The notes: generated by a model not told the origin, from the letters alone. DNA of 64,000 bases from Solirubrobacteraceae bacterium (GCA_035552235.1 DASZLT010000040.1:10412-74411); one strand, 5' to 3'; positions 54,006-64,000 are shown, numbered from the stretch's first letter. Numbers and translations are program-made.

Positions 54006-56243
54006 ATGTCGGGACCTGGGTTCCTCTCTCCCAAACCAGAGCGTGTCGTCGGGTCGGCCACCGGCGACGCGTCTCTGGCGCTTGCGACCCCCCGCCTGCG
54101 CTGGTCCGGCGGGCGTCCGCTGACCCAGGCCCGCGCCTGGTTGACGCGCAGCCTGCGGCCCGAGCTGGTCGTGCTGCTGGCAGTCGCCGCTTTCCTGAAC
54201 CTCTGGGACCTCTCGCGCAACGGCTGGGCCAACGGCTACTACGCAGCCGCCGTGCGCTCGATGATCTCGAGCTGGCACAACTTCCTCTACGGCTCGTTCG
54301 ACCCGAGTGGCGTCATGACGGTCGACAAGCCGCCGCTGGCCTTCTGGGTGCAGGCGCTCTCCGCCAAGCTGTTCGGCTTCAACTCGTGGAGCGTGCTCGT
54401 ACCGGAGGCGCTGATGGGGGTTGTCACGGTCGCGCTGACCTATGACCTCGTGAGCCGCCGCTTCGGCCGGGTGGGCGGTTTCGTCGCCGGTCTGACGCTT
54501 GCGATCACGCCCATCACGGTCGCGATGTCACGTCACAACAACCCCGATGCTGCCGTGATCCTGTGCTGCGTCGCCGCGCTCTGGTTCGCGGTGCGCGCCT
54601 TCGAGGACGGTCGCACGAAATGGATTCTGTGGTGCGGGGTGATGCTCGGGCTCGGCTTCGAGGCGAAGATGAGCACCGCGCTGCTCGTCGTTCCCGGCAT
54701 CACCGTTGCGTGGCTGTGGGCCTCGCCGAATTCGGTGTGCAAGAGCGTTCGCCAGCTGCTGGCGGGAGGCGCTGCGATGGTCGCCGTCGGCGGAGCGTGG
54801 CCGCTGCTGGTTGCGCTGACCCCGGCGGCCGACCGCCCGTGGATCGCCGGCACCGCCGATAACAGCATCTGGTCGCTGATCACCAACTACAACGGCGTGG
54901 GCCGCATCGCCGGCCAGTCCGGTGGCCCGGCCGGCACCGGCGGCTTCGGTGGCGGCGGCTCGACCTTCGGCGGCAGCTCGGTCGTCCTGCGTCTGCTGAA
55001 CTCGGCGCTCGGCGGCCAGGCCGGCTGGCTGCTCGGATTTGCGCTCGTGAGCGGCATCGGGGTGCTGGCCGCGACGCGTCTGCGGCGCCGCGACCCCGAC
55101 ACCGGCTGGATCCTGGCCGTCGGTGGCGCGGCACTGACCTCGGCTGCCGTCTTCAGCATTGCCCAGGGGATCTTCCATCCCTACTACGTCTCGTTGCTGG
55201 CCCCCTTCAGCGCAGCGCTGATCGGTGCCGGTGCCGCCCGGATCGTGCGCGGCGGGCTGCTGGCGCGGGCTATGGCGCCGCTCGCGATCGGCGCCGGCGT
55301 GGCGACCGAGCTCGCGGTCATGCACTCCGAGGATTCCTACAGGTGGCTCGAGCCGATCGTGATCACCGTCGCGATCGCGGCCGCGGTGGCGCTCGTCCTG
55401 CTGCGCCGCCGGCGGCTGCGGCTGATCGCGGTCTCCGCGGCGCTGGCCACGCTCTCGATCGCGCCCGCCGCCTGGGCGGTCGACACGCTCGGCCACGCGA
55501 CCTCGAGCACCTTCCCGTCCGGTGGTCCCGCGAACGCCGGCGGCGGCTTCGGCGGGCCCGGCGGCCGCGGCGGCTTCGGCGGGCCTGGCGGCCGCGGCGG
55601 CTTCGGCGGGCCTGGCGGCCGTGGCGGCTTTCCCGGCGGCCGCGCCTTCCGTGGCGGCGCGTCCAACGCGACGGCGAGCTCAGGTGGCATCGCCGGCCTA
55701 TTCGGTGGCTCGAACTCCGCCGGCGCCGCCACGACGCGCGGTGCCTCTGGCCGCCGTGGCGGTCTCCCTGATGGCGGCTTGTTCGGCCGCGGAGCCGGCG
55801 TCGCAGGTGGTGGTGGCGGATTCGCGGGCGGCGGTAGCGGCTTCGGCGGCGGTCAGTCGCTGACCTCGACGCTCAGCTACATCAGGGCTCACGGCGGCGG
55901 CACGCTCGCCATCTCAAGCCAGACATCGGCCGAGACGGCGGTGATCAATCATGGCGCGCACGTCGCCGGCATCGGCGGGTTCAGCGGGAACGAGTCCGAG
56001 GTCAGCGCCGGCTGGCTGGCGCAGGAGGTCCGCTCGGGGAAGGTCCGCTGGGTGCTCGATGACTCCGCGGGCGGCTTCGGCGGCGGGTTCGGCGGGATCT
56101 CGGGCGGCCGCGTCGGGAGCCGCGACGCGATGCAGTGGGTCAGCGAGGCCTGCCGTCGCGCGACCACGTCCGGCGGCTCGGTGCTCTACGACTGCTCCGG
56201 TCGTGCGGCCCGGATCCTCGCCGTCGCCGGCAAGAGTGGCTGA
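54006..56243 (+). CDS. ArnT/PMT-like GT-C glycosyltransferase (family 39, YkcB-like) with Gly-rich insert
   Basis: YYAAAVRSM, TVDKPP, NNPD, YNG..R, HPYY, GGFSG. Confidence 0.88.
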   Translation: MSGPGFLSPKPERVVGSATGDASLALATPRLRWSGGRPLTQARAWLTRSLRPELVVLLAVAAFLNLWDLSRNGWANGYYAAAVRSMISSWHNFLYGSFDPSGVMTVDKPPLAFWVQALSAKLFGFNSWSVLVPEALMGVVTVALTYDLVSRRFGRVGGFVAGLTLAITPITVAMSRHNNPDAAVILCCVAALWFAVRAFEDGRTKWILWCGVMLGLGFEAKMSTALLVVPGITVAWLWASPNSVCKSVRQLLAGGAAMVAVGGAWPLLVALTPAADRPWIAGTADNSIWSLITNYNGVGRIAGQSGGPAGTGGFGGGGSTFGGSSVVLRLLNSALGGQAGWLLGFALVSGIGVLAATRLRRRDPDTGWILAVGGAALTSAAVFSIAQGIFHPYYVSLLAPFSAALIGAGAARIVRGGLLARAMAPLAIGAGVATELAVMHSEDSYRWLEPIVITVAIAAAVALVLLRRRRLRLIAVSAALATLSIAPAAWAVDTLGHATSSTFPSGGPANAGGGFGGPGGRGGFGGPGGRGGFGGPGGRGGFPGGRAFRGGASNATASSGGIAGLFGGSNSAGAATTRGASGRRGGLPDGGLFGRGAGVAGGGGGFAGGGSGFGGGQSLTSTLSYIRAHGGGTLAISSQTSAETAVINHGAHVAGIGGFSGNESEVSAGWLAQEVRSGKVRWVLDDSAGGFGGGFGGISGGRVGSRDAMQWVSEACRRATTSGGSVLYDCSGRAARILAVAGKSG
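55542..55631 (+). repeat. 27-bp coding tandem repeat (GGFGGPGGR x3.3)
   Basis: ggcggcttcggcgggcc(c/t)ggcggccg(c/t) at 55542, 55569, 55596. Confidence 0.85.
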
Positions 56244-56278
56244 CGCGCCAAGCGCTCCCCGCGGACGCTCGGGCGCAT

Positions 56279-56302
56279 CCGGCAGCCCAGCGGGGCTGCC
56301 GG
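56279..56302 (+). terminator. Hairpin downstream of GT39 gene
   Basis: ccggcagccc-agcg-gggctgccgg 10-bp stem. Confidence 0.55.
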
Positions 56303-56507
56303 TGTCAGGACCTCGAGACGCTGGCGGCATCAGGCTGTAGCCGAGCCTGCCATCGAGCAATCGTTCGACGGTAGAGTCGGCGCTGGGCGAGGTGGGAACG
56401 GGCAATCGCCCTTTTCACCGGCGAGGCCTAGAAGTCAGCCGAAAAAGTACGCTTGCGACCGTAAGCTCCGGCCGCCGGGCAGCGGACCAACTACGAAAGG
56501 GATCGTG

Positions 56508-56873
56508 ATGGGATTCGGGGACAAGCTGAAGGGACTGCGCGACCAGGCACAGCAGGCCGTGGCGGAGAACAAGGACAGGATTCAGGGCGCCGTGCAGGTC
56601 GTCGGCGAGGCGGCCAACACCAAGACCGGCGGTAAGTACGCGACCAAGATCGCGAAGGTCGGCGACAGGGTCGAGCAGGGCGTCGACAAGTTCGCCCAGA
56701 GCGACAGCGCCGGCGACACCGATGCCGCAGCGGCGCCGATCGTCAACGAGCCGGCCAGTCCGGTGTCGCCGTCGATGGCGGACGAGGCAGCGGGAGGGTT
56801 CCCGACCGCCTCGGATGAGGCCACCGAGCCCGCTGCGCGCCCGGCGCCCTCCGCACCGCCGGAATTCGAGTAG
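56508..56873 (+). CDS. MT0933/Rv0909-like antitoxin family protein
   Basis: MGFGDKLK...NTKTGGKY..KI; acidic Pro/Ala tail. Confidence 0.72.
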   Translation: MGFGDKLKGLRDQAQQAVAENKDRIQGAVQVVGEAANTKTGGKYATKIAKVGDRVEQGVDKFAQSDSAGDTDAAAAPIVNEPASPVSPSMADEAAGGFPTASDEATEPAARPAPSAPPEFE

Positions 56874-56895
56874 TGGCAACCCCGCTGGAGCCTTG

Positions 56896-59664
56896 TTGAA
56901 GCAGGAGACCCCGGCGGGGCGCGCCCCGGCCATCACCGCGCTGCGCGACCTCGAGGCCGACCTCGAGCTGCTCGGCGCGACGCTCGATGAGGTCTGCCAC
57001 GCCGCCGGCGCCGCAGACACGCTGACGCTGCGGCAGCGAGCCGTCGAGCTCGCCCAGCACGCGCGGGCCGGCGACGGCGAGGCGGGCGACGCGCTCGCGC
57101 GCATGGTCGCCGAGCTGGACCTCGAGCAGATCGAGCTGCTGATCCGTTCGTTGACGCGCTGGTTCCAGCTGATCAACCTGGCCGAGGACAACGAGCGCGT
57201 ACGCCGCATCCGTGCGCGCGAGGCGCGCGAGTCGCCCGCACCACGGCGCGGTTCGATCGACGACGCGCTCAGCCAGATCGTGGGACGCGGGGTCAGCCCC
57301 GAGGCCGTCGGCGAGCTGCTGGCCGAGGCTGAGATCCGGCTGGTGATGACCGCCCACCCGACCGAGGCGCGCCGCCGCACGACGATCGACAAGCAGGCGC
57401 GCATCTTCCGCGAACTGCGTGCGCTCGATGAACAGCTGGGCCGCGATCCCGGCCTGACGCGGGAACGCATCCGCGCCACCGTGCAGGAATTGTGGGGCTC
57501 GGATGAGCTGCGCGCGATCTCGCCGACGGTGCTCGAGGAGGTCCGCGGCGGGCTCGTGCACTTCACGAGCACGCTCGTCGACGTCGTCCCCGATGTCTAC
57601 CGTGAGCTCGAGCGCGGGTTGCGCCGCGCCTATCCGGACGACGAAATCGCGGTGCCGCCGGTGCTGCGGTTCGGCTCCTGGATCGGCGGTGACCGCGACG
57701 GCAATCCCTTCGTGACGCCCGCGACGACGGTGCAGACGCTCGGCCTGATGCGCGAGCAGTGCCTGCGCTTCCTCGAGGGGCGGATCGAGCGGATCGCCGG
57801 AAGGCTCTCCTTCGCCGAGCAGATCGCACCACCGGGACCGGGGCTCGACGCGATCCTCCGGTTCGGCGGAGAGCTGTTCCCGGAGCTCGCGCGGCGGCTC
57901 GCCTTGCTGAATGCGGACGAGCCCTACCGTCGTGCGCTCACCTTCGTGCGCGAACGTGTCCGGGAGACGGCGGGCGAAGGCGACGGGGCCTATGAGTCGC
58001 CGGCGGCGCTGCTGGCGGATCTGCGTGACATCGGCGCCTCGCTGCGCGGCGACGGCGGCGAGTTCAGCGCTGCGGGCGACCTCCAGGATGTGGTCCGCCA
58101 GGTCGAAGTCTTCGGCTTCCACTTCGCCAAGCTCGATATCCGCCAGCACGTCAAGGTGCACCGCGCAGCGCTGCACGAGGTCTTCGGCGCGCTCGGCATC
58201 GCCGAGGGCTACACCGCGTTGCCCGAGCCCGAGCGCGCGGCCCTGCTGGGCGCCCACATCGCCGAGCGGCGCCCGCTGATCCCGGGCGACACCACCAGGT
58301 TCTCCGACGAGACGCGCGAGGCGATCGAGACCTTCCGCATGATCAGGCGTGCGCTCGACGGCCCGCACGGTGGTGCGATCGACGCCTACATCATCTCCGG
58401 CACCGAGGCCCCGTCCGACCTGCTCGAGGTGCTGTTGATGATGAAGGAGGCGAGCCTTGCGCAGGCCGGCGGCAGCGACGCCGTGCTGCGGATCGTGCCG
58501 CTGTTCGAGGCGGGCGTCACACTGGCGGCCGCCGACCAGACGCTGGAGACGCTGCTCGCGACGCCCGTCTACCGCGAGGCGCTGCGCGCCGTCGGTGACC
58601 ACCAGGAGATCATGATCGGCTACTCCGACTCCAACAAGGACGTCGGCTACGTCGGCTCGGGCTGGGGGACCTACCGTGCTCAGCGCCGGATCGCCGAGGT
58701 GTTGCGCCGCCACGACATCAGCTGGATCTTCTTCCACGGTCGCGGTGGCTCCATCGGCCGCGGCGGCGGCCGCACCAACGACGCAATCCTGGCGCTGCCG
58801 CCCGGCACGGTCGACGGGCGCCTGAAGATGACCGAGCAGGGCGAGGTGCTGACCGCCAAGTACAACGTCGGCGAGATCGCTCATCGCGAGCTCGAGCTCA
58901 CGACCAGCGCGACGCTGCTCGCATCAGCGGCGGCGCTGATCGACGAGCATCTGCGCCCCTCCAAGCCGCACCCCGAGCTGTATGAGCAGGTCGTCGAGGA
59001 GATGGCGCGCACCTCTGAGGGCGTGTACAGGTGGCTCGTGCACGAGGACCCGGACTTCGTCGAGTTCTTCCTGACCGTCACCCCGGTCGAAGAGGTCTCG
59101 CGGTTGCGGCTGGGCTCACGCCCGGCACGCCGTCAGCAGGCCGGCGGGATCGACGACCTGCGTGCGATCCCGTGGGTGTTCGCGTGGACCCAGTCGCGGA
59201 TCGTGCTGCCGGCCTGGCTTGGCCTTGGCACGGCACTGCGCGAGGCGCGCGAGCGCCACGGGCTCGAGACGCTGCAGGCGATGGCGGCCGATTGGCCCTT
59301 CTTCTCGGCGCTGATCGCCAACGCCGAGATGGGCGCCAGCAAGGCTGACCCCGGGATCGCGCGGCGCTACATCGCGCTGTGGGACAACGTCGAGGCGCGC
59401 GACCGCATCTGGGGCGGCCTCGACGCCGAGCTCGAGCTCACCCGCGCCGAGCTTGTCACGATCCGCGGCGGTAGCCGGCTGCTCGACTCAGAACCCGTGC
59501 TGCAGTCCTCGATCGATCGCCGCAACCCCTACGTCGATCCGCTCTCCTTCATCCAGATCGAGCTGTTACGTCGCCGCCGGTGCGGCGAGGGCAATGAGGA
59601 TCTCAACCGTCTCAGCCTGCTGGTGATCAACGGCATCGCGAGCGGTCTGCGCAATACCGGCTAG
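56896..59664 (+). CDS. ppc: Phosphoenolpyruvate carboxylase
   Basis: TAHPTE, GGDRDGNP, MIGYSDSNKD, FHGRGGSIGRGG, LRAIPWVF, GLRNTG C-terminus; start approximate. Confidence 0.96.
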   Translation: MKQETPAGRAPAITALRDLEADLELLGATLDEVCHAAGAADTLTLRQRAVELAQHARAGDGEAGDALARMVAELDLEQIELLIRSLTRWFQLINLAEDNERVRRIRAREARESPAPRRGSIDDALSQIVGRGVSPEAVGELLAEAEIRLVMTAHPTEARRRTTIDKQARIFRELRALDEQLGRDPGLTRERIRATVQELWGSDELRAISPTVLEEVRGGLVHFTSTLVDVVPDVYRELERGLRRAYPDDEIAVPPVLRFGSWIGGDRDGNPFVTPATTVQTLGLMREQCLRFLEGRIERIAGRLSFAEQIAPPGPGLDAILRFGGELFPELARRLALLNADEPYRRALTFVRERVRETAGEGDGAYESPAALLADLRDIGASLRGDGGEFSAAGDLQDVVRQVEVFGFHFAKLDIRQHVKVHRAALHEVFGALGIAEGYTALPEPERAALLGAHIAERRPLIPGDTTRFSDETREAIETFRMIRRALDGPHGGAIDAYIISGTEAPSDLLEVLLMMKEASLAQAGGSDAVLRIVPLFEAGVTLAAADQTLETLLATPVYREALRAVGDHQEIMIGYSDSNKDVGYVGSGWGTYRAQRRIAEVLRRHDISWIFFHGRGGSIGRGGGRTNDAILALPPGTVDGRLKMTEQGEVLTAKYNVGEIAHRELELTTSATLLASAAALIDEHLRPSKPHPELYEQVVEEMARTSEGVYRWLVHEDPDFVEFFLTVTPVEEVSRLRLGSRPARRQQAGGIDDLRAIPWVFAWTQSRIVLPAWLGLGTALREARERHGLETLQAMAADWPFFSALIANAEMGASKADPGIARRYIALWDNVEARDRIWGGLDAELELTRAELVTIRGGSRLLDSEPVLQSSIDRRNPYVDPLSFIQIELLRRRRCGEGNEDLNRLSLLVINGIASGLRNTG

Positions 59665-59716
59665 CGTTCCGATTCCACGCTGAGTTCCGATTCCCCCGCC
59701 CGCCACAGGAGCGCCC

Positions 59717-60634
59717 ATGCCATACGAAATCAGCATCGCCGACCCCGACACCGGCTTCGAGGCGACCTTCGTGCCGGAGGCGGGGATGATCGGCAATTCG
59801 CTGCGTCACGAGGGCGAGGAGCTGCTGTTCCAGGGGTCCGGGCTCGAGGCCTACAGGAGCCACGGCTCGACCTTCGCACTGCCGCTTCTGCACCCGTGGG
59901 CCAACCGCCTGAGCTCCTGGGATTTCGAGCTCGGCGCACAGCCGATCGCGCTCGATCCCGATTCGCCGATCACCCACCGCGACGCGGCGACGGGCACCGC
60001 GATCCACGGGCTGCTGACCGCGAGCCCCTACTGGACGGTGACGGACGCCGATCGCAACTCGCTCACGGCCGAGCTCGACTTCGGGCGCGTGCCCGAATAC
60101 ATGGCCGCCTTCCCGCTGCCGCACATCGTCCGCTACACGGCCAGCATCGAGGGCAACACGATGACGGTCGCCTTCGGTGTGCGAGCCACCGGTGAGGTCG
60201 ACGCGCCGATCGCGTTCGGATTTCACCCATACCTGACGCTGCCCGGCTCGGACCGCCGCGGCTGGCAGCTCGCGGTCCCTGTCGCGCGCCGGGCGCTGGT
60301 CGACGAGCGCATGCTGCCCACCGGCGATAGCGTCGCGATCGACCCGGGCGAGCTCGACGGCGCGCTCGGCGACCGTACCTTCGACACGAGCTATCCGGTA
60401 CTGCACGGCGACCAGCCGGAGTTCGTGATCGCCGACGATCGCCGCCGGCTGACGCTCAAGCACGTCGCCGGGTACCCCGTGAGCCAGGTCTATGCACCCG
60501 CGGCCTCGCAGTTCGTCTGTTACGAGCCGATGACGGCCCCGGTTGACGCGCTGATCTCGGGGGATGGGTTGAGGTGGGTCAGGCCCGGCGAGGAGTTTGA
60601 GGCAGTGTTCAGCATCTCGGTAGAGCAATCCTGA
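59717..60634 (+). CDS. Aldose 1-epimerase family protein
   Basis: LHPWANRL, IHG, GFHPY, CYEPM. Confidence 0.88.
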   Translation: MPYEISIADPDTGFEATFVPEAGMIGNSLRHEGEELLFQGSGLEAYRSHGSTFALPLLHPWANRLSSWDFELGAQPIALDPDSPITHRDAATGTAIHGLLTASPYWTVTDADRNSLTAELDFGRVPEYMAAFPLPHIVRYTASIEGNTMTVAFGVRATGEVDAPIAFGFHPYLTLPGSDRRGWQLAVPVARRALVDERMLPTGDSVAIDPGELDGALGDRTFDTSYPVLHGDQPEFVIADDRRRLTLKHVAGYPVSQVYAPAASQFVCYEPMTAPVDALISGDGLRWVRPGEEFEAVFSISVEQS

Positions 60635-60666
60635 GACCGGGACAGCCCTGAAAGAGGAGGTTTACG

Positions 60667-61185
60667 ATGGAGACCTGGGACGCAATCCGCTCACGCCGCA
60701 ATGTGCGGCAGTACACGGAAGAGCCGCTGCCGGCTGACGCCCTGGAGCACATCCTCGAGGCCGGCTGGCGGGCGCCGTCTTCGCGTAACTGGCAGCCTTG
60801 GGACTTCGTGGTCGTCACCGATCGCGCTCAGCTCGAGCGGCTCTCGACGGTGTGGCAGGGTGGCGGCCACATCGCTCGCGCCGCCGCCGCGGTCGGACTC
60901 GTGATCGATGACTTCGAGCTCGGCTCGCGCGACCGTGAGATCGCGCTCTACGACCTCGGCCAGGCCTCACTGCAGATGATGGTCGCGGCCGCCGATCTCG
61001 GCATCGGCTCCGGCCACTCGGCCGTCGGTGACCAGGACCTCGCCCGCGAGATCCTGGGACTGCCGCCGACCAAGATCCTCAAGTACGTGATCGATTTCGG
61101 CCATCCGGCCGACCGGCCGCTGAAGCCGATCAGGAAGCCCGACCGGCGGCCGTTCGACGAGGTGGTGCACCGCGGAGTCTGGTGA
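60667..61185 (+). CDS. Nitroreductase family protein
   Basis: IRSRRNVRQY, APSSRNWQPWDF, DLG. Confidence 0.9.
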   Translation: METWDAIRSRRNVRQYTEEPLPADALEHILEAGWRAPSSRNWQPWDFVVVTDRAQLERLSTVWQGGGHIARAAAAVGLVIDDFELGSRDREIALYDLGQASLQMMVAAADLGIGSGHSAVGDQDLAREILGLPPTKILKYVIDFGHPADRPLKPIRKPDRRPFDEVVHRGVW

Positions 61186-61202
61186 GAGATGCGAAGCGTC
61201 GG

Positions 61203-61244
61203 CGGAAGCCCGGCATTTTCGCCGGGTTTTGCCGGGGGCTTCCG
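61203..61244. terminator. Inverted repeat between convergent genes
   Basis: cggaagcccggca...tgccgggggcttccg imperfect stem. Confidence 0.55.
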
Positions 61245-61265
61245 TCCGACTGGATCCCCGAGCGC

Positions 61266-61796
61266 TCAGCCGCCCCGTGCCTGGCAGGCCTTGGCGGCCT
61301 TCACGAAGGCGGGCGACTGCGTGTTGATCGACTTCGGGATCGCGATGATGATCCCGCCCCCGGCCGAGATCGAGCTGTAGTTCGCCTGGTTCAGGTTCGT
61401 TGGCAGCTTCGTCGAGATGATCGGGTCTGGGTAGCCGGTGACGCCGTGGGCGCGCATGCACTGCGCGGTCTCGGTTGCCGCCCGGATCTGCTGCTCGCTC
61501 GCCTTGTGGCTGTTGGGGCCGCCGCCTGGCAGCAGCTTGAAGCACGTGCCCTGAGCCGCCTGGAACGCCGGCGACTGCGGGTTGATACCGGTGCCGGCGA
61601 TGTTGAGCCCCCCGCCGCCGCTCGGGTCAGGGAAGTTGGTGATCCCGTGGGTGCGCATGCACTTGCTGAACGCGATGAATGCGCTCTGATGGCTCGAGTG
61701 CTTGGGCTTCGAGGAACCGCCGCAGGCGGCAAGCGCGAGAATGCATGCCAGCGCGGCGAAGCCAGATAGCACACCCAGTTGCAGCCGCGCTGGCAT
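61266..61796 (-). CDS. Lipoprotein with two CMRxHG..PDP..C repeats
   Basis: Lipobox LAAC; CMRTHGITNFPDP..QSPAF..C and CMRAHGVTGYPDP..QSPAF..C. Confidence 0.8.
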   Translation of the reverse strand: MPARLQLGVLSGFAALACILALAACGGSSKPKHSSHQSAFIAFSKCMRTHGITNFPDPSGGGGLNIAGTGINPQSPAFQAAQGTCFKLLPGGGPNSHKASEQQIRAATETAQCMRAHGVTGYPDPIISTKLPTNLNQANYSSISAGGGIIIAIPKSINTQSPAFVKAAKACQARGG

Positions 61797-61870
61797 GGAT
61801 TGTCTTGTACGCGGCGCGCGGTAACAGGGGAGTTACGGCTGAAACCGCGGTGCTGCCTTGCGCGAACCGG

Positions 61871-64000
61871 TCAGGCCTTGCGCCAGCGCTTTTGCGCGCC
61901 GCCGGCCAGCGACGCGTCGGCGCCGGTGTCCATCGCGACCGCGTGCAGGTGCCGGAACGGCCTGCCCTCGCGCAGCTCACGCACGACGCCCTCGATCAGG
62001 CCGCCATCTGCCAGCTCGCGACCGTCGGTGACCGCGTCGATCACCTCGCGCTTGCGCTTGATCAGCCGCGCCATGGTCTCGTCGATCGTGTCCGCGGCCA
62101 GCAGATACCAGGCGGTGACGGCGTCGTGCTGGCCGATGCGGTGACAGCGGTCCTCGGCCTGATCGTGGATCGCGGGGGTCCACTCGAGCTCCAGAAAGCA
62201 GACGTTCGAGGCCCGCGTCAGCGTGATCCCCTGCGCGGCCGCGCGCGTCGCGCAGACGATCAGTTGCGGTCCATCCGGCTCCTGGAAGGCGCTGATCGCC
62301 GTCTGCCGCGCGGTCATGCTGTCGTCGCCGAAGAGATGCAGCGCGTCCGGGAAGCGCTCGAGCACGCCCTGCTGGACCTCGCGGTGGCGCGCGAACACGA
62401 CCAGTGCCTCACCCGAGGCCAGGAAGGCGTGGATCCAGTTGAGCGCCGCCGCGAGCTTGCCGCGGGCGGCCAGCCGCTGCAGCGTCGTCAGCTGCGCGAG
62501 CCGCTCCGCCCGCAGGGTCGCCGCGATCTTGGCGTCGAGCACCTTGAGATCGATCGGCTGGGTCTTCAGCCATTCGATCACGTCGTCCTCGGCGAGCCGG
62601 TACTCCTCCTCGTTGTTCAGCGACACCGGCACCACCACCTGGCGCTTGGCCGGCAGCTGCGGCAGCACCTCGGATTTCAGCCGCCGCACGAAGCAGCGAC
62701 GGCGCAGATGCCAGTGCAGCCGCTCCTCCGAGAGCTCGCCCTCGAACTGCCGGCTGAAGCTCGCGCCCGACCCGAACTCACCCAGCCGGCCAATCACCCG
62801 CAGCTGGGCGATCAGCTCGTCCGCGTGGTTCATCACGGGCGTGCCGGTGAGCGCCAGCCGCAGCCCGTCGCGCGGGACCGCGTCGGCCAGCCGCCGCACG
62901 GCCTTGGTGCGCTTGGCCTGGGGGTTCTTGCAGTAGTGGGACTCATCGGCCACCAGCGCTCGTGGCCCGCTGGCCACGAGCGCTGCCAGACGCGCCTGGA
63001 CGATCTCGTAGTTGAGGATCGTGATGTCCGCCGGCTCGATCGAGCCCTCACTGCGACCGCTGAGCACCTGTCGGGAGCGATGCGGCAGCCAATGCTCCGC
63101 CTCACGCAACCAGGTCAGCTTCATCGATGCCGGGCAGATCACGATCGCCGGGAACGCCTCGTCGGCCTCCAGCGTGGCGAGAGCCTCGACCGTCTTGCCG
63201 AGGCCCTGCTCGTCGGCGAGGAAGGTGCGTCGCGCGTCGAGCGCGTAGTGCACCGCGACCCACTGAAATGGCGCGAGCTCGCCGCCGAGCCGGGCCGCGA
63301 CCTCGGGCAGCGCCTCAGCCGTGGTCGCTCGTGAGGCGGCGACCGCGCGCTGCGCGGCACGGTACTGAGCGGCCATCAGCTCGAGTGCGTCGGCGGCGTT
63401 CGGAGTGACCTCGACGCCGTGCATGGCGATGAAGGCGTCGAGCTGGTCGACGATCCAGGCGTCGAGCTTCAGCTCATTGGCGGCGGCGCCCGGCAGCTGC
63501 TCGAAGGCGTATTGGATCTCGGGATCCCAGTAGGTCTCGAGCGTCAGGCGCTCGCCGGCGACGCCGCGGGTCAGGATCATCCGCGCCGGGGGCGGCTGTT
63601 CGCCGCACTCGAGCGCCTCGATGCAGCGGCGCGCACCGAGGCTGAGGCGGGGGTCGCGCAGCTCGACGATCGCGGCGGCGGCCGCGGGTGTGAGCGGTAC
63701 GAGCCAGCGGCGCTCGAGCTCGAGCGCCCCCTCGCGCAGCTGCTCGGGCGGCGTGCCAGCCAGCGTGTCGAGCGCGAACCAGCCCTGCCCGTCGTAACGC
63801 GTGGTGCGCACGTGCCCCACCCAGCGGTGCTCGGCGGCGGCCAGCCACTCGTCGAACTCCTCGGTGCGCCGCAGCTCCGGGCGGTACTTGAGGATCTCGG
63901 CGAGCTTGGCCGCGACCCAGCCGTCGGCCGGCGCCGACCACTCCCGGCGGTCCCAGTCAAAGCGGCGGCCCGGGAGGGTGCGGACCGCGGCGACGAGGTG
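61871..64000 (-). CDS. SNF2-family ATPase, HARP/SMARCAL1-like, 5' end beyond window
   Basis: LADEQGLGKT, DESH, LTGTP, RRLKSEVL, WTP..QAEDRCHRIGQ; frame stays open to 64000 with HLVAAVRTLPGRRFDWDRREW. Confidence 0.9.
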   Translation of the reverse strand, partial: HLVAAVRTLPGRRFDWDRREWSAPADGWVAAKLAEILKYRPELRRTEEFDEWLAAAEHRWVGHVRTTRYDGQGWFALDTLAGTPPEQLREGALELERRWLVPLTPAAAAAIVELRDPRLSLGARRCIEALECGEQPPPARMILTRGVAGERLTLETYWDPEIQYAFEQLPGAAANELKLDAWIVDQLDAFIAMHGVEVTPNAADALELMAAQYRAAQRAVAASRATTAEALPEVAARLGGELAPFQWVAVHYALDARRTFLADEQGLGKTVEALATLEADEAFPAIVICPASMKLTWLREAEHWLPHRSRQVLSGRSEGSIEPADITILNYEIVQARLAALVASGPRALVADESHYCKNPQAKRTKAVRRLADAVPRDGLRLALTGTPVMNHADELIAQLRVIGRLGEFGSGASFSRQFEGELSEERLHWHLRRRCFVRRLKSEVLPQLPAKRQVVVPVSLNNEEEYRLAEDDVIEWLKTQPIDLKVLDAKIAATLRAERLAQLTTLQRLAARGKLAAALNWIHAFLASGEALVVFARHREVQQGVLERFPDALHLFGDDSMTARQTAISAFQEPDGPQLIVCATRAAAQGITLTRASNVCFLELEWTPAIHDQAEDRCHRIGQHDAVTAWYLLAADTIDETMARLIKRKREVIDAVTDGRELADGGLIEGVVRELREGRPFRHLHAVAMDTGADASLAGGAQKRWRKA

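Noticed and set aside
56303-56504. Riboswitch or ncRNA in the intergenic region
   Set aside because: Only short stems; no recognisable c-di-GMP, c-di-AMP or 6C consensus
56508-56873. Complete toxin-antitoxin system
   Set aside because: No adjacent toxin; neighbours are GT39 and ppc

Overview
High-GC (~70% by eye) actinobacterial chromosomal segment; the gene content suggests Thermoleophilia/Solirubrobacterales, which is inference. I saw no rRNA, tRNA, CRISPR array, transposase or integrase. Left to right: (1) tail of a sugar-phosphate catabolic operon (SIS, PfkB kinase, broken DUF2090 aldolase, DeoR); (2) a secreted glycoside hydrolase trio (Cgs-like/GH144-like beta-1,2-glucan enzyme, GH3, GH79); (3) ZnF-UBP plus cNMP-binding flavoprotein, alditol oxidase, GNAT, cupin and cbs-metB; (4) a SatD + DUF3307-like + Atl operon preceded by four palindromes at 28-29 bp spacing; (5) an ECF sigma factor with mirror-image promoters facing yciI-MFS; (6) MmyB regulator, FchA and an Mtd1-type methylene-THF dehydrogenase; (7) a ~20 kb general-stress-like block (ferritin-like, PfpI, F420 LLM, Mrp antiporter with a single MrpD, MgtC, GMC, ThDP enzyme, SDR, GH15, enolase, transaldolase); (8) PDZ-VWA-MoxR-DUF58-VWA, GT39, ppc, epimerase, nitroreductase, a lipoprotein and a partial HARP/SMARCAL1-like SNF2 ATPase. 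At least seven pseudogenes or remnants are present. The best candidate for an undescribed system is the SatD locus with its palindrome array. All family calls come from motif recognition by eye; no database searches were run.
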